Shown: positions 9,944 through 17,858 of the stretch, piece after piece
Numbering within the stretch: the first letter of the stretch is position 1
Layout: each line of letters opens with the position of its first letter
Origin: Trebonia sp.
GTDB lineage: Bacteria > Actinomycetota > Actinomycetes > Streptosporangiales > Streptosporangiaceae
DNA: 64,000 nucleotides
Assembly: GCA_036391275.1 (NCBI GenBank)
Contig: DASWAE010000016.1
Location: 4,966-68,965, forward strand
Direction of reading: 5' to 3'
Notes under the pieces: generated by a model
The model's database searches: none
Seen by the model: the letters and a program-made list of their open reading frames with translations, nothing else
What the model was told of the DNA's origin: nothing
Translations under genes and position numbers: made by a program

Positions 9944-10756
9944 ATGAATCTTAAAAGCGTGGCCAGCAAACTCGGGCCTATTGCGCGCGAGTTCCCGTCC
10001 CATCCGGTACGCGTGGCCAGGGCTTTGCCGGGCGAGTGGCGGCAACAGCGCGGGAGTGCACCGTGGACGGAGTCGGACTTCGATGACGACTGGTATGAGC
10101 ACCTGCACAGCCTGCTTGGCGCGCCCTGGCCGTGCCCGGAGGCGCAAGAGGTTCACGACCTGCTAGCGGAAATCGGCGTGCAACTCGCCGCGAAAGGGCT
10201 AGGGACTGGCCGTCATACATACGGCTGGTACAGTGACGCGGATATTGAGCTCTGCAGCGCGATATGGTGCAGCACCCGCCATATCCAGCCTTCCGCGGTG
10301 ATCGAGACCGGTGTCGCACACGGGATAAGCAGCAGGGTTGCGCTTGAGGCGCTCACCAAGAACGGTAAGGGGCACCTATGGAGCATAGACTTGCCCCACC
10401 CGTTCAATCACAAGCTGCACGGGCAAACCGGCGCGGCCGTCACCGACCCTTGCCGTGCACGTTGGACGTACATCGAAGGTGAGAGCCGACAGCGCCTGCC
10501 GGCGCTGGTTACGCAGGTTGGCAAGGCTGAATTGTTTATCCACGACAGCCTCCATACAGCCAAGAACACGCTGTTCGAAATGGAGCAGGCGGCTTCCATC
10601 ATGCCGCAGGGCGGGGTCATGCTCGTGGACGACATCAGGGGGCACGATGGCTTCGCCATCTTCGCCCGGCGTCACCCCGAGTTCAAGACCGTTCTCTGCT
10701 CCACGGCAGACCGCGTTGCCGGTTTCGGTGTTGCCGTCCACACGGGAACCGCCTGA
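9944..10756 (+). CDS. Class I SAM-dependent methyltransferase (Methyltransf_24-like)
   Basis: 'VIETGVAHGISS', 'LWSIDLP', 'LFIHDSLHT', 'VMLVDD'. Confidence 0.85.
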   Translation: MNLKSVASKLGPIAREFPSHPVRVARALPGEWRQQRGSAPWTESDFDDDWYEHLHSLLGAPWPCPEAQEVHDLLAEIGVQLAAKGLGTGRHTYGWYSDADIELCSAIWCSTRHIQPSAVIETGVAHGISSRVALEALTKNGKGHLWSIDLPHPFNHKLHGQTGAAVTDPCRARWTYIEGESRQRLPALVTQVGKAELFIHDSLHTAKNTLFEMEQAASIMPQGGVMLVDDIRGHDGFAIFARRHPEFKTVLCSTADRVAGFGVAVHTGTA

Positions 10757-10861
10757 GGTTGCCGCGGCAGGCCCCGGTGGCTGAGGTAGGGGCAGCCGTG
10801 CTGGTGGCCGCGGGATCGCAATGACGTCCGGGCTCCCAGGCGCGTGACGCGGGGGCGGTGG

Positions 10862-11995
10862 TCAGCGAGTCAGGGCGGTGACGGCGGTGTAGGCGGGTTT
10901 GGGGTTGCCACTGGAGTCGAGCAGGCCGAAGCCGTCTCCGCCGAACTGGTCGCTCCAGGTGTAGATGTAGAAGGCCCCGATCCAGCTCGTGTTCCGGGCA
11001 GCGGTGATGGCCTGGGTGAGCTCGGTGGCTTGCTGGACGTCGGTGACTTGGCCGGTGGGGGCGCCGAACTCGGTGATCCAGATTTTCTTGGCGGCGTCGC
11101 CATGGGCGGTCATGAGGCTGCGCAGCGACGGGCTCGTCTGGTCCATCTCGCCCCAGGCACCCAGGGAACCGGTGTCGGGGTCGGCCGGGAAGGTATACGG
11201 GTGGTCGCCGACCGCGTCGAAGCTGCCCTTGGCGCCGTCGGCGTACATGTCCCCGAAGAACGTGACCGGGTCCGTGATGCCGTTGGCGGCGGCGCCGGGA
11301 GCTAGGCCGGCCGATATAACCACCGAGGACGGGTCGGCCGCCTTGACTGCGGCGTAGGCGGCTTGCAGGTCGGCGGTGTAGGCGGCCGGATTCGGGCTTG
11401 GAGACCAGAACTGACTGTTGTTCGGCTCGTTCCAGATCTCGAAGTAATCGGCTCCCATGGACCCGTACCGCGCGGCGACGGCGCCGGCCCAGGCGCCGAA
11501 CTGCGAAGGGCTGGCTGGCTGGGCGAACTGACCGGTCGCGCCGGCGGCCGCGGCCCAGGGCGGGCACCCGTCGATGATCAGGTCGGCCGTCATGCCGACC
11601 TGGTGGACTGACGCCATGACCTGGTCCAGAGCGCTCCAGTCGAAGTTCCCCTGGCTGGGCTCCCCGTCGGCCCAGTTCGCGTCGACCCGGACAGTAGTCA
11701 TCCCCATCGACTTCATCTGTCCCAGCTGCTGCAGCTGATCACTCGAGTTACCACCGAGCAGCTCCGCGGCCGCGAACCCGATCAAGCCAGAGCGCGACAA
11801 CGGGGCCGTTGCCGTCGGCGTGGCATAAGCAGTCGGGAGCGAGGCGAGAACGGGGGGAGTCACGGCGGGACTCGCCGCAGCTCCGACGTGCCCGGGACCA
11901 CCACACCCGGAAGTGACCAGCATGATGCCGAGGCCCCCCAGCACGGCCACGCCGACCGCAACACTAGCCCGGCGCCTTCGAGACTTTCCGCTCAT
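10862..11995 (-). CDS. Clan GH-A glycoside hydrolase (GH5/GH39-like), probable lipoprotein
   Basis: Acid/base motif EIWNEPN, nucleophile IWITEFG, 'HPY', signal peptide with TSGC lipobox. Start re-placed at MSGKSRRRR. Confidence 0.85.
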   Translation of the reverse strand: MSGKSRRRRASVAVGVAVLGGLGIMLVTSGCGGPGHVGAAASPAVTPPVLASLPTAYATPTATAPLSRSGLIGFAAAELLGGNSSDQLQQLGQMKSMGMTTVRVDANWADGEPSQGNFDWSALDQVMASVHQVGMTADLIIDGCPPWAAAAGATGQFAQPASPSQFGAWAGAVAARYGSMGADYFEIWNEPNNSQFWSPSPNPAAYTADLQAAYAAVKAADPSSVVISAGLAPGAAANGITDPVTFFGDMYADGAKGSFDAVGDHPYTFPADPDTGSLGAWGEMDQTSPSLRSLMTAHGDAAKKIWITEFGAPTGQVTDVQQATELTQAITAARNTSWIGAFYIYTWSDQFGGDGFGLLDSSGNPKPAYTAVTALTR

Positions 11996-12145
11996 GACCT
12001 TCCTGACATAACTGTTCGCCCTGATAACGCAACAATCTTCCAGTAACCGCGACGCGCATGACCCGGGAATACGCAATTCACACCTCTCAAACCTGTCTGA
12101 ACCGTCCCGGGCGGCGGACGGGGCTTGGGCACTCCGTATAGCGCC

Positions 12146-12196
12146 GGTCAAAGGTTGAGCACGGCGGTCATGGTGGCCGCCGAGACCGCGTGCCCG
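12146..12196 (-). pseudogene. 3'-end remnant of a paralog of the 4707-5726 phosphoesterase
   Basis: 23-bp perfect identity 12162-12184 = 4721-4743; reads ..SAATMTAVLNL* vs ..SAATMTAAFKL*. Confidence 0.7.
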
Positions 12197-12251
12197 CAGC
12201 ACGCGGGCCGGCCGCACGAAGGCTACCAGCTCGGTGACGCGGGGGCAGTGG

Positions 12252-12430
12252 TCAGGAGGTCAGGGCGGTGACGGCGTCGACGCGGAGCCAGGCAACGACG
12301 GCGACGGCGCGGACACAGCCAGCGGCGGGAACGCGGAGGGCTGCCCTAGTACCAGCGTGGCGGCAAGGCGGCCCAGCACAGCCGCGCCAATCGTGACGCT
12401 AGCCCGACGCCTGCGAGACCTGCTGCTCAT
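12252..12430 (-). pseudogene. Internally deleted copy of the adjacent glycoside hydrolase gene
   Basis: 5' end MSSRSRRRRASVTIGAAVLG vs MSGKSRRRRASVAVGVAVLG; 3' end AVTALTS* vs AVTALTR*. Downstream (12234-12251) and upstream (to ~12595) flanks are also homologous. Confidence 0.8.
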
Positions 12431-12609
12431 GGGGTTCCTGACATGACTTTTCGCGAGGAGATGCGGCTGGGGCTAACCGGAATTCGCCTTCGTCAACGAA
12501 ACATGCCTTCGGTAGCCGCAACGTACCTGGCCGGAGAACGCACAATAAATACTTGTCAAACCCGCGACGCCGCGGGGGGCCTGAAGCTTGGGCGCCACCA
12601 TGTGCACGG

Positions 12610-12633
12610 TCAGACGTTGGACCTGAACTCCAC
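12610..12633 (-). repeat. Displaced copy of the ychF 3' end (att-like direct repeat)
   Basis: 19/24 identity to 13307-13330 with a 13-bp perfect core ACCTGAACTCCAC; reads VEFRSNV* vs ychF VEFRFNV*. Confidence 0.75.
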
Positions 12634-12692
12634 CGGGTTCCGTTGCCGATAACCATGACATCGGCCCGGCCTCGTGACTGTTCGGCCCCCAG

Positions 12693-13073
12693 TCAGCGCG
12701 CCGGGCGAGTGGCCTGTCGCAGGACCGCCGCTATCTCTTCGACGGAGTCGAGCTCACCAGCGGCAACACTCATGACCAGGTCGTAGGCGGCGTCATTGGA
12801 CAAGGTTAGGCGGCGGCCGTTGAGCCCGTAGAAGGCGATGATCGAAGCCAGGGCGAGTCGCTTGTTCCCGTCGATGAGGGCATGATTGCGGGCGACCGAG
12901 TGGAGGAGTGCAGCCGCCTTGGCATCGAGATCGGGATAGGCGTCTTTCCCGAACACTGTGGCCTGAGGCCGCGTCACCGCCGCTTCGAGCAAGCCATAGT
13001 CGCGCACCGCGCAGTCGCTGCCAAGAGTCCGCTCGGCCACGTAGAGCAACTCCGCGAGCGTCAGGTAGATCAC
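12693..13073 (-). CDS. doc: Doc (death-on-curing, Fic/Doc) family toxin
   Basis: 126 aa; 'VRDYGLLEAAVTRP', 'KAAALLHS', Doc-type catalytic motif HALIDGNKR; 4-bp overlap with the upstream antitoxin. Confidence 0.9.
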   Translation of the reverse strand: MIYLTLAELLYVAERTLGSDCAVRDYGLLEAAVTRPQATVFGKDAYPDLDAKAAALLHSVARNHALIDGNKRLALASIIAFYGLNGRRLTLSNDAAYDLVMSVAAGELDSVEEIAAVLRQATRPAR

Positions 13074-13273
13074 TGGCCGAGCCGCTCCAAGGCCTCGGCA
13101 TACCTGGGCAGCTCTTCGTCAAGTACCTGGCTCAGCAACTCAGACCGACTGTGGTTCTCGATGTACTCCCGGATGGCCTGCCGGGCCACCTCCTGCATGG
13201 AGCGCCGCTCAAGTTCCGAGCGCCGCCGCAGGGCCTCGGCCTCGTCATCGGTAAGCCTCAAGGTCATAGCCAT
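13070..13273 (-). CDS. Ribbon-helix-helix (CopG-like) antitoxin
   Basis: 67 aa, 'MAMTLRLTDDEAEALRRRS..SMQEVARQAIREY', acidic C-terminus; coupled to doc. Confidence 0.85.
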   Translation of the reverse strand: MAMTLRLTDDEAEALRRRSELERRSMQEVARQAIREYIENHSRSELLSQVLDEELPRYAEALERLGQ

Positions 13274-13279
13274 GAAGCC

Positions 13280-13301
13280 ATGGTATCACGACTGATACCA
13301 T
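13280..13301 (-). promoter_or_regulatory. TA autoregulatory operator overlapping a leaderless -10 box
   Basis: Inverted repeat ATGGTATCA-CGAC-TGATACCAT; on the - strand TGaTACCAT lies 6 nt before the antitoxin ATG. Confidence 0.75.
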
Positions 13302-13306
13302 CATTA

Positions 13307-14398
13307 CTAAACGTTAAACCTGAACTCCACGACGTCGCCGTCGCGCATGACGTAGTCCTTGCCCTCGATGCGGGCCTTGCCTGCCGCGCGGGCCGCCGCG
13401 ACGGAGCCTGCCGCTATCAGGTCGTCGTAGGAGACGATCTCGGCCTTGATGAAGCCCTTCTGGAAGTCGGTGTGGATCACGCCGGCCGCCTCGGGGGCGG
13501 TCGCGCCGATCGGGATCTCCCAGGCGCGGGTCTCCTTGGGACCTGCCGTCAGGAAGGTCTGCAGGCCGAGGGCACGGAAGCCGGCCTTGGCGAGCTGGGC
13601 CAGGCCGGGCTCACCAAGGCCCGCCTCCGCAAGGAGTTCCGCCGCCTCCTCCGCGGAGAGCTCGGCCAGGTCGGCCTCGGTCTTCGCGTCGAGGAAGATC
13701 GCCTCGGCCGGTGCCACCATCCCGGCGAGTTGCTTCCTGAGCTCCTCGTCCGACACTTCTCCGACGTCCATGTTGAACACGTAGAGGAACGGCTTAGCCG
13801 TCATCAGGTGCAGCTCACGCAGCGCGCCGAGTGAGATTCCCGCGTTCGCCGCCCCGGCGAAGAGAGTCTTGCCCGAGTCGAGCACCGCTACCGCCGCCTG
13901 GGCCGCCGCCGCCGTCTGCAGCTTCTGCGGGTCCTTGGAGAACTTGGTCTCCTTCGCCAGCCGGGGCGCGGCCTTCTCCAGCGTCTGCAGGTCGGCGAGG
14001 ATCAGCTCGGTGACCACCGTCTCGATGTCGCCCTCCGGCTCGACCGACCCCTCCACCCGGGTCACGTCGGGATCGCGGAAGACCCGGACCACCTGGCAGA
14101 TCGCGTCCGTCTCGCGGATGTGCCCGAGGAACTGGTTACCCAGGCCCTGTCCCTGCGAGGCACCCTTCACCAGCCCGGCGATATCGGTGAACCGAACGGA
14201 AGCGGGGACTATCCGGGCCGAGTTGTACAGCTTCGCCAGCGCGGCCAGCCGCGGGTCGGGCACGCCGACCACCCCGACGTTCGGCTCGATCGTGGCGAAC
14301 GGGTAGTTCGCGGCGAGGGCACCGGCCTTGGTCAGCGCGTTGAACAGGGTGGACTTGCCGACGTTGGGGAGGCCGACGATTCCGATAGACAGGCTCAC
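13307..14398 (-). CDS. ychF: Redox-regulated ATPase YchF (Obg family)
   Basis: GIVGLPNVGKSTLFN, ANYPFATIEPN, DIAGLVKGAS.G.GLGNQFL, IHTDF, EGKDYVM.DGDVVEFRFNV. Start re-placed at GTG 14398. Confidence 0.97.
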   Translation of the reverse strand: MSLSIGIVGLPNVGKSTLFNALTKAGALAANYPFATIEPNVGVVGVPDPRLAALAKLYNSARIVPASVRFTDIAGLVKGASQGQGLGNQFLGHIRETDAICQVVRVFRDPDVTRVEGSVEPEGDIETVVTELILADLQTLEKAAPRLAKETKFSKDPQKLQTAAAAQAAVAVLDSGKTLFAGAANAGISLGALRELHLMTAKPFLYVFNMDVGEVSDEELRKQLAGMVAPAEAIFLDAKTEADLAELSAEEAAELLAEAGLGEPGLAQLAKAGFRALGLQTFLTAGPKETRAWEIPIGATAPEAAGVIHTDFQKGFIKAEIVSYDDLIAAGSVAAARAAGKARIEGKDYVMRDGDVVEFRFNV

Positions 14399-14614
14399 GA
14401 ACGCCGAGTCTATTGGCATCCTTCCTGGTCTTTGTGCCAGGCATTCCAGCAGTGCGGCTCACGTGGCACCCTGGTGGGTTCCTGCTTGCCTGGCCGCCGC
14501 CACGCGCGGTGGGGAACCCGTCCGGCCGCCTGACCACGATGGCGGCGAATGTCCCGGTGGCAGGGCAGGATCCAGCAAAACCCCACCTATCCTGCCATCG
14601 CGGACTTCACTCGA

Positions 14615-14662
14615 CCATGATCATGAAGGGTTGTTAGTGCTATCGCACTCATAACCCTTCAC
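14615..14662. repeat. Dispersed ~50-bp palindromic REP-like element, copy 2 (reverse orientation)
   Basis: CCATGATCATGAAGGGTTGTTAGTGCTATCGCACTCATAACCCTTCAC; internal GAAGGGTT/AACCCTTC stem. Confidence 0.65.
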
Positions 14663-14825
14663 GACACCAAATCGCTACATGATAACGGGCCGCGAACGGC
14701 GCGACCATGTGCGCGACTGGGATGGCGGGGCCTGTGAGGCAAAGCGGCCAGAGGGGCGGGCATCGGCGGCTTGACAGGCGACCAGACGCGAGGGCCGCGC
14801 GTCGCCGGGCACTGCGCGGGCCGGG

Positions 14826-15012
14826 ACAGTGCCAGAGGTCGGTGGCCGCAACCCGGACATCGCGTTAAGCAGGGTTGTCTTGCCTGATCCCCTGCCACCA
14901 ATGATCGCCACTAGCTCGCCATGGCCGACAGTGAGCGAAACATCACGAACCGCAACTTCCCCTGCGCGCGTTCGGTGGCTGACCGCACGCGCCTCGATGG
15001 CAGCCTGCACGA
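14826..15012 (-). pseudogene. N-terminal fragment of an ABC ATP-binding protein
   Basis: 'IEARAVS..VAVRDVSLTVGHGELVAIIGGRGSGKTTLLNAMSGLRPPTSGTV' Walker A region only; no signature or Walker B motif follows. Confidence 0.75.
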
Positions 15013-15082
15013 TCCCTATTGTGTCCGCCGTCCCGTGCGTGTCGCCAGGCGGGGCTGTCAGTGGCCTGCGGATACTGGGAGC

Positions 15083-16234
15083 ATGACCGTCTTCGCCCTG
15101 GTTGCCGGGATCGCCATCGGCCTCGCGCTCGGCTACCTGCTGGCCCGCAACCGCCTCGGCACCGCCGCCGCGACCGCGGCGGAACGGGCCCGCGCGGCCC
15201 AGGAACGCGCTGCGCTGCTCGAGCGCCAGGCCGCGGAGAAAGCCGCGCTCGCCGACGGGCAGCTCGCCCAGCGATTCGACGTGGAGTCGCTTGTCGCGCC
15301 CATGCGCGACACCCTGGCCCGCGTCGAGCAGCAACTGCGCGACTCCGACCTGGCGCGCACCAGGTCGCACGCCGAGCTGGCGCAGCAGGTCGAGTTCACG
15401 AGGCGCGGCGCCGAGCAGCTCCGCGAGCAGACGCAGGCGCTGGTGAGCGCGCTGCGGCGGCCGGAGGCCCGCGGCCGGTGGGGCGAACTTCAGCTGCGCC
15501 GGGTGGTTGAGCTCGCGGGCATGACGTCGCACGTGGACTTCGACGAGCAGGTAATCACCGACGGCGGGCAGCGGCCGGACATGGTGGTCCGGCTGGCCGG
15601 CGGCAAGAACGTGGTCGTCGACTCGAAGGTGTCGCTCGCCGCCTACCTGGAGGCCGCCGCGACCGCTGACGATGACAACCGGGAGGCACGGCTCGCCGCG
15701 CACGCCAGGCACCTGCGCGCGCACGTTGAGCAGCTCGGCTCCAAGGCGTACTGGTCGGCCCTGCCGGCAACGCCGGAGTTCGTGGTGATGTTCGTCCCCG
15801 GCGAGGCGTTCCTCGCTCCCGCGCTCGAGCACGACCCTGGCCTGCTCGAGCACGCGCTGTCCCGCCGGGTGCACATCGCCACGCCGACCACGCTGGTCTC
15901 GATGCTGCGCACCGTCCAGTATGCCTGGCAGCAGCAGGCGCTATCCGAGAACGCCAGGGCCGTGTTCGACCTCGGCCGGGAGCTGTACGACCGGCTGGCC
16001 GGGCTCGGCAGGCACCTGGAGCGCGTCGGCAAGTCACTGACGTCCGCCGTCGGGTCTTACAACCAGGCGGTCGGCACGCTGGAGAGCCGGGTGCTTGTCA
16101 GCGCGCGCAAGCTGGCCGCCCTCGGCGTGGTGGACGGTGAGCTTCCGGCACCGGACACGATCGCGGACACGGCGCGGCCCCTCGCCGCGCCCGAGTTCGC
16201 CGACGGCGACCTGGAGCGAACTCTACTTCCGTAG
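15083..16234 (+). CDS. rmuC: DNA recombination protein RmuC
   Basis: N-terminal TM, coiled coil, '[18 protein letters not shown]', '[14 protein letters not shown]', '[11 protein letters not shown]', 'IATPTTL'. Confidence 0.95.
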   Translation: MTVFALVAGIAIGLALGYLLARNRLGTAAATAAERARAAQERAALLERQAAEKAALADGQLAQRFDVESLVAPMRDTLARVEQQLRDSDLARTRSHAELAQQVEFTRRGAEQLREQTQALVSALRRPEARGRWGELQLRRVVELAGMTSHVDFDEQVITDGGQRPDMVVRLAGGKNVVVDSKVSLAAYLEAAATADDDNREARLAAHARHLRAHVEQLGSKAYWSALPATPEFVVMFVPGEAFLAPALEHDPGLLEHALSRRVHIATPTTLVSMLRTVQYAWQQQALSENARAVFDLGRELYDRLAGLGRHLERVGKSLTSAVGSYNQAVGTLESRVLVSARKLAALGVVDGELPAPDTIADTARPLAAPEFADGDLERTLLP

Positions 16235-17164
16235 CTCCCGCGGGAGCTGGAAGGCCATCCGCTCCTTGACCGCCTCGACCTCTTCCACGTCCTCGAAGCC
16301 GAGCGCGGCGAGCTTGCCGAGCACGCCCGCGACCAGTTCCTCCGGCACGGAAGCGCCGCTGGTCACGCCGACGGTGGCCGCGCCGGCCAGCCAGCTCTCA
16401 TCGACCTCGCCCGCGTCATCGACCAGGTAGGCGGCCCGCGCCCCCGCGTCCTTGGCCACCTCGACGAGGCGCACGGAGTTGGAGGAGTTCGTCGAGCCCA
16501 CCACGATCACCACGTCGCACTGGGGCGCGATCACCTTGACCGCGGCCTGCCGGTTCTGCGTGGCGTAGCAGATGTCGTCGCTGGGCGGGTCGATGAGCTG
16601 CGGGAAGCGGTCCTTGAGCGCGGCCACCGTGGTGACCGTCTCATCGACGGACAGCGTGGTCTGGGAGAGCCACACGACCTTGGCCGGGTCGCGTACCTTG
16701 ACGCCGGCCACTCCCTCCGGCCCGTCGACCAGGTGGATGCTCGCGGGCGCCTCGCCGGTCGTGCCGACGACCTCCTCGTGCCCCTCATGGCCGATCAGCA
16801 GGATGTCGTAGTCGCCGGCGGCGAACCGCCGCGCCTCGTTGTGCACCTTGGTGACAAGCGGGCAGGTGGCATCGATGGCGGTCAGCCGCCGTCGCACGGC
16901 CTCCTCGCGGACCGCGGGGGCGATGCCGTGCGCGGAGAACACGACGACACTGCCCTCCGGCACCTCTTCGGTCTCCTCGACGAAGACGGCGCCGCGCTTC
17001 TCCAGTTCGCTCACCACGTGGGTGTTGTGCACGATCTGCTTGCGCACGTATACCGGTGCGCCGAACCTGCCGAGCGCGATCTCCACGGCTTGCACGGCCC
17101 GGTCGACCCCAGCGCAGTAGCCACGAGGCTTCGCCAGCAGGACCCGGCGGTGGGTCTCAGACAT
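16223..17164 (-). CDS. ispH: 4-hydroxy-3-methylbut-2-enyl diphosphate reductase
   Basis: [54 protein letters not shown]. Confidence 0.97.
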   Translation of the reverse strand: MSETHRRVLLAKPRGYCAGVDRAVQAVEIALGRFGAPVYVRKQIVHNTHVVSELEKRGAVFVEETEEVPEGSVVVFSAHGIAPAVREEAVRRRLTAIDATCPLVTKVHNEARRFAAGDYDILLIGHEGHEEVVGTTGEAPASIHLVDGPEGVAGVKVRDPAKVVWLSQTTLSVDETVTTVAALKDRFPQLIDPPSDDICYATQNRQAAVKVIAPQCDVVIVVGSTNSSNSVRLVEVAKDAGARAAYLVDDAGEVDESWLAGAATVGVTSGASVPEELVAGVLGKLAALGFEDVEEVEAVKERMAFQLPRELRK

Positions 17165-17366
17165 GTCTCCCATCGTAGGCGAGGCTGCCGGCCCGTACGC
17201 CAGACGCCCGGCCTGTGACGGCAGAGCCGTAAGGCATCAGCTGCCCCGTTTGGTCGCGGATTTGTGGCACAGAGTGGCAAAACGTCCGTACCACCTTTAT
17301 TAACACACAACGGACGCCGGGCCTGCTGCGGCAAACTAGTGCCGACAATCACAGTAAGGAGCGTGA

Positions 17367-17765
17367 ATGAGCGTCCCGCAGAAGGTAATGGAAGGTCCGG
17401 CGTCGGCGCTGCGGGCGATGTTCGCAGGCGTCGGCTCGCTGCTGTCCGCCGTGGACAGGATGCGCGGCAAGTCCGCGGCGGAGGCCCCCGCCCCCGCGGC
17501 GGCTGCCCCGGAGACCTCGGCCGCGCCGGAGACGGTTACGCCGGAGACGGTTACGCCGGAGACCAGCGCCGCGCCGGAGACGGCGGGTGCGCTGCCGCTG
17601 GCGAACTACGACGAGCTCACGGTCGCGTCGCTGCGCGCCCGGCTGCGCAACCTCTCGGTCGATCAGCTGAACCAGCTCGTCGAGTACGAGAAGGGCCACG
17701 CGGCCCGGGCCGACGTGATCACCATGTTCGAGCGCCGCATCGCCAAGGTCGAAGCCGAGGCATAG
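17367..17765 (+). CDS. Lipid-droplet-associated-like hypothetical protein (Rv1109c-like C-terminus)
   Basis: 'LPLANYDELTVASLRARLRNLS..YEKGHAAR'; sits in the ispH-xseA neighbourhood; internal PET repeats. Confidence 0.65.
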   Translation: MSVPQKVMEGPASALRAMFAGVGSLLSAVDRMRGKSAAEAPAPAAAAPETSAAPETVTPETVTPETSAAPETAGALPLANYDELTVASLRARLRNLSVDQLNQLVEYEKGHAARADVITMFERRIAKVEAEA

Positions 17766-17858
17766 CCCCGGCTCCCGTCATGAGCCGACCGCCCTGAGCC
17801 GGATGCATTCCGGTCCTCAAGGCGGTCGGCCCATTTCTGTCCTGACCTCGGGGAGGGC

